Shown here: positions 26,804-35,680 of the stretch, piece after piece | Numbering within the stretch: position 1 is the stretch's first letter | Layout of the letters: every line of letters begins with the position of its first letter | Assembly: GCA_020057505.1 (NCBI GenBank) | Contig: JAGVFQ010000057.1 | Span: 1 to 53,584 of the forward strand | DNA from: Patescibacteria group bacterium | GTDB taxonomy: Bacteria; Patescibacteriota; Patescibacteriia; JAGVFQ01 | DNA: 53,584 nt | Reading direction: 5' to 3' | Notes under the pieces: generated by a model | What the model was told of the DNA's origin: nothing | Databases searched by the model: none | Seen by the model: only the letters and a program-made list of their open reading frames with translations | Translations under genes and position numbers: made by a program

Positions 26804-26960
26804 AAATAAAAAATATCACCTTATGGTTTTTGTCGCCCTTCGAAAACCTTCCATCTACGTTTGGACTTCGGCGGACAGACAGGGTGACAAAAATATTCCA
26901 CGAACGTCGGAAGAGTAAATGTCATGGTGAGGCTCTCGAACCACGACATTTGTCGTCAGC

Positions 26961-27611
26961 TTAGGACGGTAAAACAATACAATCTTTAATTCTAAAATCC
27001 CCCACTCTTGTCCGTTCCAAACCAACGAGATAACCGCCCGAGCCCAGTTCCCGGCCAATGTCGCGCGCAATGGAACGAATATAGACTCCCGGACCGGTTT
27101 CGATTCGCAGATCCAAAAATGGCCATTCATATTTTAATAATTCAATCTTTTTAACTTCTACCCGTCTTTTGTCCATCACCACCCCTTTACCTTCACGCGC
27201 TAGTTTGTAAGCTCGCTCGCCTTTGATTTTTATCGCGCTAAACACCGGCGGCGCCTGCATGATTTTACCTTCAAATTGGAGAATAATTCTCTGGACATCT
27301 TCAAGCGACGGAATTTTATCTGTCTTCACTAAAGTCTTTTCGCCCTCCTCATCATCAGTCGTGCTTTCTATCCCTAATTTAATATTAGCTAAATATTCCT
27401 TTCCGGCTTGGACGGAATTGTGCAATTCTTTCGTCGCCTCGCGGCCGATCCCCACCACCAAAACGCCGCTCGCCAAAGGATCGAGCGTCCCCGCGTGGCC
27501 GATCTTTTTCACGCCGATTAATTTCCGCAATTTGCTAATCATGCCAAAAGAGCTGATGCCTTTTGGTTTATAGACCGCTATCGTGCCTTTGAGATTTTCT
27601 AGATTGTTCAT
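26961..27611 (-). CDS. truB: tRNA pseudouridine(55) synthase TruB
   Basis: 216 aa with the motif GHAGTLDPLASGVLVVGIG. Confidence 0.9.
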   Translation of the reverse strand: MNNLENLKGTIAVYKPKGISSFGMISKLRKLIGVKKIGHAGTLDPLASGVLVVGIGREATKELHNSVQAGKEYLANIKLGIESTTDDEEGEKTLVKTDKIPSLEDVQRIILQFEGKIMQAPPVFSAIKIKGERAYKLAREGKGVVMDKRRVEVKKIELLKYEWPFLDLRIETGPGVYIRSIARDIGRELGSGGYLVGLERTRVGDFRIKDCIVLPS

Positions 27612-27634
27612 ATTGATTTCAGAATCCCCCCCTA

Positions 27635-27730
27635 CCCCTTTGACAAAGGGGCGTTGTTTATCCCTACTTCAATCGTGAATTAATAGTTCCCCCTTAGCAA
27701 AGGGGGCCAGGGGGTTGTTTACTACAATAC
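27635..27730. repeat. two copies of the CCCC-TT-GCAAAGGGG hairpin element (second copy is the ~43-nt long form)
   Basis: 27688-27730 reads TTCCCCCTTAGCAAAGGGGGCCAGGGGGTTGTTTACTACAATAC and closely matches 52772-52814. A shorter relative lies at 27635-27667. Confidence 0.7.
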
Positions 27731-27775
27731 TTCTCAAATCCTACAATCCACAAATCTATAACATGGAGCACAGTA

Positions 27776-28453
27776 TTATTTCCTTAATCTTCTCTGCACG
27801 GCCGGACTTTCTAGTTCTCTCAGGGCGTCCTTCGCAATCCAACGCGCTGATTTAGAATTAATTTTAAGAATTTCTCTAGAGATTTTAATCGCCGCTTTAT
27901 TTAAAGCTAAATTTCTTTTGCCAATCTGTCGCAGAGCCCAATTGACCGCTTTCCGCACAAAATTTCTTTCGTCAATAGAATATTTTTTGATCAAAGGAAA
28001 AAATTGAATAAATTTTTTATCATCCGCTTTTTTATCATGAACCGCGAGCGAAGCCATCATGGCAAACCCCGCGCGCCGGACAAATTCTTCTTTTTCCCCG
28101 GCCCATTCGCGAGTTTTGGAAAAAGCTAGAGAAGTTTTATCAAACAAATTCATTATGACCTGATCGCAGACATCCCAGGAATCAAAATCTTCCACCCACT
28201 TATTTATTTGCTTTTCCGTGACTAACTTCGGATCGTCGATTAAACCAGCCAAAATCCTCGCTTCGTGAATGCCCGACTCCCAGAACCGAAGCGCTAACCC
28301 ATGGTTTTTGCCAATCTTTTTTGCCAATTGGCGGAGGATTGGCATACTAACTCCCAAAGTATTTTGGGAACTAATACCGAATCTCGCCATACCCGCTACA
28401 TTATGAGGATTAGCTTCTGATTTTAACTTTCTGATTATTTCCTGATAATTCAT
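27776..28453 (-). CDS. DNA alkylation repair protein (AlkD-like HEAT-repeat)
   Basis: 225 aa. Shows the typical NPHNVAGMARFGI ... WESGIHEARILA ... DSWDVCD pattern. Confidence 0.75.
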   Translation of the reverse strand: MNYQEIIRKLKSEANPHNVAGMARFGISSQNTLGVSMPILRQLAKKIGKNHGLALRFWESGIHEARILAGLIDDPKLVTEKQINKWVEDFDSWDVCDQVIMNLFDKTSLAFSKTREWAGEKEEFVRRAGFAMMASLAVHDKKADDKKFIQFFPLIKKYSIDERNFVRKAVNWALRQIGKRNLALNKAAIKISREILKINSKSARWIAKDALRELESPAVQRRLRK

Positions 28454-28606
28454 AAATTTTGTTTTATTATACGATTAAAATCCATTTTTATCAACTAGAA
28501 AATTTGTTCTCCGTCGCCCACGAGCGAAGAAGAAAAGCCTCGGCTTAATTCAAAAACCGCTCCAATAATCATCGGAACGGTTTTTGAAATTTAATATTTA
28601 AAAATA

Positions 28607-29023
28607 TTAACTGGCAATATTGGGACGCAATTGTATGGTTTTTGCCGCTACGCTTCCATCCTGGTTGGCGCTACCATCAACCATAACGTTATCCCCCACC
28701 TTGAGTTCGTCTATGGTTCCAGCGGCAGTTTTGGTGATTTGCGTCATATCGGAAAAGAAAATAATCTTTGAACCGCCGTCGCTAACTTTTACCGTTATGC
28801 TTTCTTCGTCTTTGCCTAATATTTCACCATTTACAAAACCGGATCCAGTTGAATTTCCAGATGTTTTGCCTTGCTCACGAAAATTTTGGCCGCCAAAATT
28901 AGGAGGTACGCCCAGCTTTCTATCCGCAGATTTTTTACTCTCGGCATATTTCATTCCGCCAAAAAATCCCCCGCAACCAGCCATAATAATTATGGCAATT
29001 AAAATTGGCAAAATTTTTTTCAT
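28607..29023 (-). CDS. small secreted/lipoprotein, DUF5666-like
   Basis: 138 aa. Lipobox-like IIMAGCGG. The C-terminal GEILGKDEESITVKV...VGDNVMVDGSANQDGSVAAKTIQLRP is paralogous to 32929-33432. Confidence 0.5.
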   Translation of the reverse strand: MKKILPILIAIIIMAGCGGFFGGMKYAESKKSADRKLGVPPNFGGQNFREQGKTSGNSTGSGFVNGEILGKDEESITVKVSDGGSKIIFFSDMTQITKTAAGTIDELKVGDNVMVDGSANQDGSVAAKTIQLRPNIAS

Positions 29024-29044
29024 AATTTTTGGTTTTTAATTTAA

Positions 29045-30262
29045 TTATTCATATCTTAAAGCCGTAATCGGATTCAATTTGGCCGCCCGGCGCGCCGGGT
29101 AATAGCCGAAGATGATACCAATAGCGGCTGAAACGCCAAAAGCCAATAAAACCGAAGTCAAAGAAACTTTTGTCGCCACACCGCTGAATTTCGTCACCGC
29201 GATCGAGGCGAGCCAGCCGATGAAAATGCCCACTGCGCCGCCGATAAAAGTGAGCATCACGGCCTCAACCAAAAATTGAAGACTAATATCCTTTCTTTTA
29301 GCACCAATGGCTTTGCGGAGACCAATTTCTCGCGTTCTTTCTGTAACGGTCGTAAGCATCATATTCATGATGCCGATGCCGCCGACAATCAAAGATATAC
29401 CAGCGATCGCCCCGAGTAACAACGTAAGAGTATCAGTAATTGATGAAGCGCTAGCCACAATATCAGCTTGATTCATTATTCGAAAATCAGCATTGTCCGG
29501 ATTGGAAATATTATGCCGACTAAGTAAAAGATTCGTCACCTGTGCCTGGAGCTCAGTCATTGATTCCGCGTCCTGCGCTTGAATATTAATCGTGCTAAGA
29601 TAATTATTGCCGACTAAAAATTTTTGGGCGGTTGAAAGCGGAATAAATATCATATCATCTTGGCTGCCCATGCCAGTCCCGCCCTTGGCCTTGGTCACGC
29701 CGATAACTTTGAATTCTATTCCTTTAATTCGAATTACTTGGCCAACGGCGTCCACTCCTTCGCCAAAAAGATCATCCCTCGCGCCGGAACCCAACACCGC
29801 TACCTTGGACATACTTTTAACGTTTTGATCAGAAATAAAATAACCCAAATCTATCTCAACGTTTCTGATAACCGGATATGACGCAACCGTGCCCACGACT
29901 GAAGTATTGGTATTTTTGCCCTTGCTCGTCACCTGATACCGGCCGGAAACTTCTCCGGCTACTGCCTTGGCCGTGGGAACCTCCGCGGCTATGGCATCCG
30001 CGTCAGCCAAAGTAAGCGACTGGGAAGATCCCCATCCGGAACTAACCCCTGACGATTTCTGCGTTCCGGGCATCACTTCCACGAGATTCGAACCCATGGA
30101 TTGGATATTAGACTGAATCGAACCGGAAGCGCCCTGGCCAATAGAAATCATAGCGATAACCGAACCAATACCAATAACAATACCGAGAATGGTGAGACCT
30201 GATCGCGCCTTATTGGCAAGTAAGGCCAAGGAAATTTCTTCAAACAAATCAGAAATTTTCAT
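29045..30262 (-). CDS. ABC transporter permease, MacB/FtsX-like
   Basis: 405 aa. N-terminal TM, large extracytoplasmic domain, and a C-terminal FtsX-type 3-TM bundle (REIGLRKAIGAKRKDI). Confidence 0.9.
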   Translation of the reverse strand: MKISDLFEEISLALLANKARSGLTILGIVIGIGSVIAMISIGQGASGSIQSNIQSMGSNLVEVMPGTQKSSGVSSGWGSSQSLTLADADAIAAEVPTAKAVAGEVSGRYQVTSKGKNTNTSVVGTVASYPVIRNVEIDLGYFISDQNVKSMSKVAVLGSGARDDLFGEGVDAVGQVIRIKGIEFKVIGVTKAKGGTGMGSQDDMIFIPLSTAQKFLVGNNYLSTINIQAQDAESMTELQAQVTNLLLSRHNISNPDNADFRIMNQADIVASASSITDTLTLLLGAIAGISLIVGGIGIMNMMLTTVTERTREIGLRKAIGAKRKDISLQFLVEAVMLTFIGGAVGIFIGWLASIAVTKFSGVATKVSLTSVLLAFGVSAAIGIIFGYYPARRAAKLNPITALRYE

Positions 30263-30274
30263 AATTAATAAAAA

Positions 30275-30970
30275 TTACTTACTTTTTTTAGTATTTTTAC
30301 TATCTTCCACAATAACGCCATCGCGAATAGTAATAATCCGATCAGCGTGTTCGGCCACTTCCCTTTCATGAGTAATAAGAATAATTGTATGGTGTTGTTC
30401 TTTATTAAGCGCTTCAAAAGTATCGAGAACGATCTCGCCAGTTTTGCTATCAAGATTGCCGGTCGGCTCATCCGCGAGAATCAAAGAAGGATTGTTGACG
30501 AGCGCCCGAGCGATCGCCACGCGCTGCATTTGTCCGCCGGAAAGCTGATTGGTCAAATGATAGAAATGCAATTCATCCAAGCCGGCATTCTTCAAAGATT
30601 CTTTGGCTTTTATCTCGCGATCTTCCTTGCTAACGCCGGCGTAGACTAAAGGCAACATAACATTGCGTAAAACAGTTGATCTTGCGAGCAAATTAAATGA
30701 TTGGAAGACAAAACCGATTTTCTTATTCCTGATATCGGCTAATTCATCATCAGAAAAATCTGAAACATTTTTCCCATCAAGCAAATAACTGCCGCTCGTT
30801 GGCGTATCGAGCGCGCCCAAGATATGCATGAGAGTCGATTTGCCCGACCCAGATGGTCCAATAATGGCCACAAACTCTCCATCATCAATTTTAAAAGACA
30901 ACCCCTTGAGAACCGTCGCCTCGCCCGCGCCGCTCGAATAAGTTTTAGCTATATTTTTACATTCAATCAT
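30275..30970 (-). CDS. ABC transporter ATP-binding protein (MacB/LolD-type)
   Basis: 231 aa. Walker [10 protein letters not shown], signature [15 protein letters not shown], Walker [13 protein letters not shown]. Confidence 0.9.
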   Translation of the reverse strand: MIECKNIAKTYSSGAGEATVLKGLSFKIDDGEFVAIIGPSGSGKSTLMHILGALDTPTSGSYLLDGKNVSDFSDDELADIRNKKIGFVFQSFNLLARSTVLRNVMLPLVYAGVSKEDREIKAKESLKNAGLDELHFYHLTNQLSGGQMQRVAIARALVNNPSLILADEPTGNLDSKTGEIVLDTFEALNKEQHHTIILITHEREVAEHADRIITIRDGVIVEDSKNTKKSK

Positions 30971-30991
30971 AGAATATTTTTTCTTTCAAAA

Positions 30992-32920
30992 CTATCTGCC
31001 TTGCGGCCCTCCTCCCATATCAAATAAGGATTTAGACGATGGGCTGGTTCCGCTAGTTGACGAGCTAGACGAACTAGATGAAGTGACGGTTCTCACGATT
31101 ATCTCGTCACCTTCATTAAGGCCTGAAGTAATTTCAGTTGAAGTGTCGTTGGCGATGCCAATCTCCACCTGCTTAGTCTTGGGGGCTTTTTGAAGAGTGG
31201 TACTGCTCGTCCCCGACGTATCGGACGACACCTCTTCATCCGGCATTTCAACATAACTGATATTATTAGAAAATTTAATGGCGGAGCTCGCAACCGTAAT
31301 GACATTCTGTTTCATATCAGTGATAATCGAAGAGGAAACGCTCATACCGGGTTTCACTCGTTCGTCTTGCGTGTCAAAAATTATTTTAACAGTATAAGTA
31401 ACCACGCCCTGGGAAACGGTTCCGAGCGTATCAATTTCCGCCACTTCACCGCTGATAGTCAAACCTTCAACGGCATCAAAAGTCAGGGTAACTTTTTGTC
31501 CAACTTTGACTTTGGCCGCGTCAACTTCATTTAAAGAAATTTCCGCTATGCGTTGTTTGGTTATTAAAGTCGCTATAGCCGCGCCCGAAGACACATCATC
31601 GCCCTTTTTAATATCAATAGCGGCAATAATGCCGTTAAAAGGAGCTTTGATAGTATAATCAGCTAGTGTTTCGCGCGCATCTACAAGAGAATTCTCGCGT
31701 TGCTTTACCGCAAGCTCTTGCGTTTGAATATCAAATTCATCTGCGTCCGCTTTGAGATTAGCGAGAGATAATTCCTTTTCTTTAACCGAGGCCTCGGACG
31801 CCGCCAAATCCAGAGGATTATTTTGTTCCATTTCGGTTAAATCTCTTTTCGCATTAATCAAAGCATCTTGATAATTTTTGATCGCGCCCTCGGCCGCGAG
31901 TAAACTCGAAATATGCCCGTTAGTTTGGCCGATATAGGTGCTAAGCGACGACTGGTAGGTCGTAACTTTGGCCAGAGTCGACCAATGATGATCGGAGCGG
32001 CTGTCCACCCAAGCATCAAACAAATTGCTTTGGCTTTTTGCAGCTTGAGCAATGGCGGTGGTGGTATCTTCGGTTTCTTTTAATAAAGAATCAATTACCG
32101 CTTCGTCGGAATATCTGGTTGCCGTTTTATAATCTTCAAAATTAGCGTCATATTTAGCGCGAGCGATTTTGTAGTCGCTTTGCGCCGTCGCGAGCAGCGC
32201 CTGAATTTTGTCCCGATCGTCAAGATGTGTGGAATTAATAATCGCAGCGCTATTGTCCTGACTGGAACCGAGCGTGACTTCGCTCGCGCCGATTTCATAG
32301 CTATAAAGAATATCATTGAGTTTGGACATCACCGTGGGCAAATCCAAAAAAGTATCGGAGATAGTGTTAAATGAATCGCCATAGGCGGTAGTAATATCTT
32401 CTCCCGCTTTTTCTTCGGCTTCCTCGGCTTTTAGATAATCAGTCGCTTGGGATAATTTGAGTTTTTCCAAACTATTCTTCGCGCTCGCGAGCGAATTCTC
32501 CGATTGCATTATTTCGTATGCCGTAGCCGGCAATTTTATTTTTTCGAGCGACAATTTGGCGCTATCAAGACTCGCCTGAGCGTCACGCACCGTCTTATAT
32601 GCTTCTTTGGCGTTCAATTGCGCAATAATTTCATTAGCTTTGACTTCCTGGCCGTTTTTCACATTGACCGTAAGCGCGGCGCCGGACACTTTTGATGTGA
32701 TATCGACTTGATCTAAAACCGTAATTTGACCGCTGCCGGAAACCGAAGTGATGATTGTACCCCTTTCTACGGCAGCCAAAACATATTTAGTCGCGACTGT
32801 GCTACTGCCAAAAGATTTCACGGCGAAATAACCGCCCAAAAATAATACAATAATCATAACCACGGCGGTAATTTTTCTTTTCCGGATAAATTTAATAATC
32901 TTCTTGATCATATTCATCAT
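30992..32920 (-). CDS. HlyD/MacA-like periplasmic adaptor (membrane fusion) protein with a very long coiled-coil insert
   Basis: 642 aa. N-terminal TM, barrel-sandwich motifs at both ends (VSGSGQITV...; IKAPFNGIIAAIDIKKGD), and a Ser-rich tail. Confidence 0.8.
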   Translation of the reverse strand: MMNMIKKIIKFIRKRKITAVVMIIVLFLGGYFAVKSFGSSTVATKYVLAAVERGTIITSVSGSGQITVLDQVDITSKVSGAALTVNVKNGQEVKANEIIAQLNAKEAYKTVRDAQASLDSAKLSLEKIKLPATAYEIMQSENSLASAKNSLEKLKLSQATDYLKAEEAEEKAGEDITTAYGDSFNTISDTFLDLPTVMSKLNDILYSYEIGASEVTLGSSQDNSAAIINSTHLDDRDKIQALLATAQSDYKIARAKYDANFEDYKTATRYSDEAVIDSLLKETEDTTTAIAQAAKSQSNLFDAWVDSRSDHHWSTLAKVTTYQSSLSTYIGQTNGHISSLLAAEGAIKNYQDALINAKRDLTEMEQNNPLDLAASEASVKEKELSLANLKADADEFDIQTQELAVKQRENSLVDARETLADYTIKAPFNGIIAAIDIKKGDDVSSGAAIATLITKQRIAEISLNEVDAAKVKVGQKVTLTFDAVEGLTISGEVAEIDTLGTVSQGVVTYTVKIIFDTQDERVKPGMSVSSSIITDMKQNVITVASSAIKFSNNISYVEMPDEEVSSDTSGTSSTTLQKAPKTKQVEIGIANDTSTEITSGLNEGDEIIVRTVTSSSSSSSSTSGTSPSSKSLFDMGGGPQGR

Positions 32921-32928
32921 AAAATATA

Positions 32929-33432
32929 TTAAATGCCCCTTCCGTTAATCGGAGGCATCGGCGGCAAAAGCCTGATTAACTTTGCCTCGATTTGGCCTTG
33001 CGCGTTCGGCTCGCCGATGACGACAACATATTCGTCTATTTTCAAATCCGTTGATTTCAGTTTGTCCGTCGGACCACTGATCGTCGTGTCTTCTTTAAGT
33101 AAAATAACTTTTTCCACGTCGTTTCGTCCCTTAATAACCAAAGTCGAGCCGTCAATTTTTATGATTTGCCCGGTAGTGCCATTGGCGTCGATAAAATCCC
33201 GATCGCCGAAACCTTTCATGAACCCCTCTCTCGGCCCGCCAAAATTCTGATGATAATTATCGCTCCAGCGGCAAGAAAAATCCGCCTTCCTCACGCCGAC
33301 CATTGTGCCAGCCTTGAAAACTAAAAGCAGAATAATAAATGCGCCAATGCCGCAAATGATTCCTAGGAATATTTTTGACTGTCCTCCCGAGGCGGATCCG
33401 CCTGCGGTGGAAAAAATTTTATTCAGATCCAT
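32929..33432 (-). CDS. membrane-anchored DUF5666-like protein (paralog of 28607-29023)
   Basis: 167 aa. TM helix, then TGQIIKIDGSTLVIKG...IDEYVVVIGEPNAQGQIEAKLIRLLP. Confidence 0.5.
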   Translation of the reverse strand: MDLNKIFSTAGGSASGGQSKIFLGIICGIGAFIILLLVFKAGTMVGVRKADFSCRWSDNYHQNFGGPREGFMKGFGDRDFIDANGTTGQIIKIDGSTLVIKGRNDVEKVILLKEDTTISGPTDKLKSTDLKIDEYVVVIGEPNAQGQIEAKLIRLLPPMPPINGRGI

Positions 33433-33484
33433 AGATTTGCATTCTCCGAAGCCCTCCGAATTATTTCTGAGGACGAAGGATAAA

Positions 33485-33901
33485 TTAACTTATTAATTTA
33501 GTTGAATTAAAAAATAATTTAATATTATTTGCCAAAAGCTTGAGTAATTCCATAAGCAACAAAACTGAACCCAAGAATACTGTGAGGCTCACTACGGGCA
33601 AAGTCTCAAGCAAAGTCAAACCGAAATTACGCCAATACAAAACCACGCTCGAAAAATCCGAAAAAAGCAGAGAGAAGAATTGAAAGAAACCCGATTCCGC
33701 GAAACCGGCTCGCGCCATTTGCAGCGTAAAAATAAAAGCAACAATTGAAAAAACCGTGCCAACCGAAAAAAAAGCGATTCTTCGTTTGATGCTCCGCAAT
33801 CGGCGTTCATTTTGAATTCTTTGAATTATTTTACCAAATAGCCCGCCCGAAAGTTCCGGGTCTGTCAAATGGCTAAATAATTTTTCGTAATCTTCGCGCA
33901 T
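33485..33901 (-). CDS. putative membrane anti-sigma factor
   Basis: 138 aa. The call rests on its position directly downstream of the ECF sigma gene and its TM helices. No conserved motif recognised. Confidence 0.4.
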   Translation of the reverse strand: MREDYEKLFSHLTDPELSGGLFGKIIQRIQNERRLRSIKRRIAFFSVGTVFSIVAFIFTLQMARAGFAESGFFQFFSLLFSDFSSVVLYWRNFGLTLLETLPVVSLTVFLGSVLLLMELLKLLANNIKLFFNSTKLIS

Positions 33902-34077
33902 AATATTTATTTAAAGACTAAAGTTCATTTATCCGGGAAACCCGCGAAAGCTCCCCCCGCAAACGAGTATCTTTTAAAATACAAATGAGAGGGGGGATGA
34001 CTTTGGGGCGAGGTGCTGAAAAAGCAAAAAAGACCTCTATATAACTTATACGGATGAGGTCTTGTTTCGGGTGCGTC

Positions 34078-34641
34078 TTATTCGATAATTTTCCTTAATT
34101 CTACAAGCGCCCGGCGATGGCGGCTTTTTGTGGTATTTACTGATTCGCCCAATATTTCGGCAATTTCAGCCAAATCAAGCTCGTCATGATAGTGTAAATA
34201 AATAACTTCCCGACATGCAGATGACAATTTTTCCATGGCTTGATTCAACTCTTCAGCCAAATTCTCGCGATCAAATAATTCCGGCGCGAGCGGCGCCAAA
34301 TCCGCCAAATTGTCAGCAATACTATTATCCCCTTCCTCGTTTTCAAACTTCGACAATGGGATATTTTTTTTCTTCCGCAAATAATCAATGCTTGCGTTCT
34401 TAGCGATACTGTAAAGCCAAGTTTTAAAATTTCTTTTTTGATCAAACTTTTTAAAACTTTTCCAAACCTTAAAAAAAACCTCCTGCGTCACGTCTTCAGC
34501 ATCCGCTGGATTGCCGATATAACGATAAACAAAACCATAAATCGATTTCAAATATTTCTGAATCAAAATCTCAAGCGATTCGAGATCGCCGGCCAAATAT
34601 TGGCTAATCAATTTTTTATCGCCTTCTTCAAACGTTGCCAT
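34078..34641 (-). CDS. ECF-type RNA polymerase sigma factor (sigma-70 family group 4)
   Basis: 187 aa. Region 2 (YIGNPADAEDVTQEVFFKVWK) and region 4 HTH (DLAEIAEILGESVNTTKSRHRRAL). Confidence 0.9.
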   Translation of the reverse strand: MATFEEGDKKLISQYLAGDLESLEILIQKYLKSIYGFVYRYIGNPADAEDVTQEVFFKVWKSFKKFDQKRNFKTWLYSIAKNASIDYLRKKKNIPLSKFENEEGDNSIADNLADLAPLAPELFDRENLAEELNQAMEKLSSACREVIYLHYHDELDLAEIAEILGESVNTTKSRHRRALVELRKIIE

Positions 34642-34710
34642 AATATTTCATGCTACAACAAATTTGAGAAAAAATCAATAATCGGCTGATTCGTTTTTAA
34701 AATTAAAAAA

Positions 34711-34737
34711 TTAAAATCGCCTTGATGGCGATTTTAA
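34711..34737 (-). terminator. rho-independent terminator
   Basis: TTAAAATCGCC-ttgat-GGCGATTTTAA with a T-run on the minus strand. Separates the accessory module from the sigma operon. Confidence 0.7.
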
Positions 34738-34831
34738 TTACAAACCGATATGTCTCAGTTGAGAGTGTTTTTTTTGAAAAATAAAAAATTTTACAATCTA
34801 TTTACTTTTTCTTCCAATAAGTTAATATCTC

Positions 34832-35368
34832 TCATGAGGCGCTTAACGCTTTTAAAATATAATGATTTAATTTTTCTTGAAGTTTCTGATCTTTGATATT
34901 ATCTCGATATTTTAAATAATTTTTATAATATGGCCTGACTTCCGTCGTTAATAAGCGTGGTTTTAATGATTTTTTTGTAGTTTGGTGTAATTTCTTGAAC
35001 CATCTTGCCATTTGTACTATAAAATCATTAGTGGGATTATTTTCAGATGGATGCTTTCCCTCGATAAATTCTTCAACAAAATAATTATTAGAAATAATTT
35101 TATGTGAAGCGTCAAAAAATATTACTTTTGGCCATAATCCTGATTTTGCTATTTTCAAAAATTCAAATTCTTTCTTCAGATTTTTGAATTGCTGATTATC
35201 TTCAACTCTTATAGCATACTTATTTTTAGTGGTTTCCAAAAGATAATTAGAATTATGATTCCCTTTAGCCAGAAATGAGAATCTAATTAGATTCTCATTT
35301 AATTTCTTACAAATTTGTTCAACTTGATGTTTATTTAATTTTTCTTTGTTCATAAACCTATTTAACAT
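34832..35368 (-). CDS. APH/choline-kinase-fold phosphotransferase, N-lobe only (truncated; possible pseudogene or pseudokinase)
   Basis: 178 aa. LAKGNHNSNYLLETTKNKYAIRVE and FVEEFIEGK (hinge) are present. The catalytic HxDxxxxN loop and DxG are absent because the ORF ends early. Confidence 0.5.
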   Translation of the reverse strand: MLNRFMNKEKLNKHQVEQICKKLNENLIRFSFLAKGNHNSNYLLETTKNKYAIRVEDNQQFKNLKKEFEFLKIAKSGLWPKVIFFDASHKIISNNYFVEEFIEGKHPSENNPTNDFIVQMARWFKKLHQTTKKSLKPRLLTTEVRPYYKNYLKYRDNIKDQKLQEKLNHYILKALSAS

Positions 35369-35651
35369 AGTGAAATTTTTTGCCGCTTATATTTTCCAGA
35401 AGTTCAACGGTCGCCAAGACAGACGGATTGTCCGTCGGCAATAAAACAAGCCGATTACTTAATTGATCAAGCAGCGGAATTAAAAACTCATCGCCCCAAG
35501 ATGGGGAAAAGGTAATAACGTCGTCAAAATCTATTTCCAGATTTTCATTGCCGCCGAGTTCTCCAAGTGTCGATTGAAAAGCGGCTAGCGCTTCTTTGCC
35601 CGCCTGTCGGGAAACCAAGGTTGTTCCAAATTTTTTTAGTTCTATTTTCAT
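35358..35651 (-). CDS. STAS-like domain protein (DUF4325)
   Basis: 97 aa. LVSRQAGKEA ... IDFDDVITFSPSWGDEF pattern of DUF4325. Overlaps the downstream ORF by 11 nt. Confidence 0.6.
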   Translation of the reverse strand: MKIELKKFGTTLVSRQAGKEALAAFQSTLGELGGNENLEIDFDDVITFSPSWGDEFLIPLLDQLSNRLVLLPTDNPSVLATVELLENISGKKFHYVK

Positions 35652-35680
35652 ATAATTATACTAAATACTTAAATCTTAAA

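Noticed and set aside
26855-27130. 91-aa minus-strand ORF overlapping the 3' end of truB
   Set aside because: It overlaps truB in another frame and extends into the GC-rich repeat element at 26835-26958. It is an artefact.
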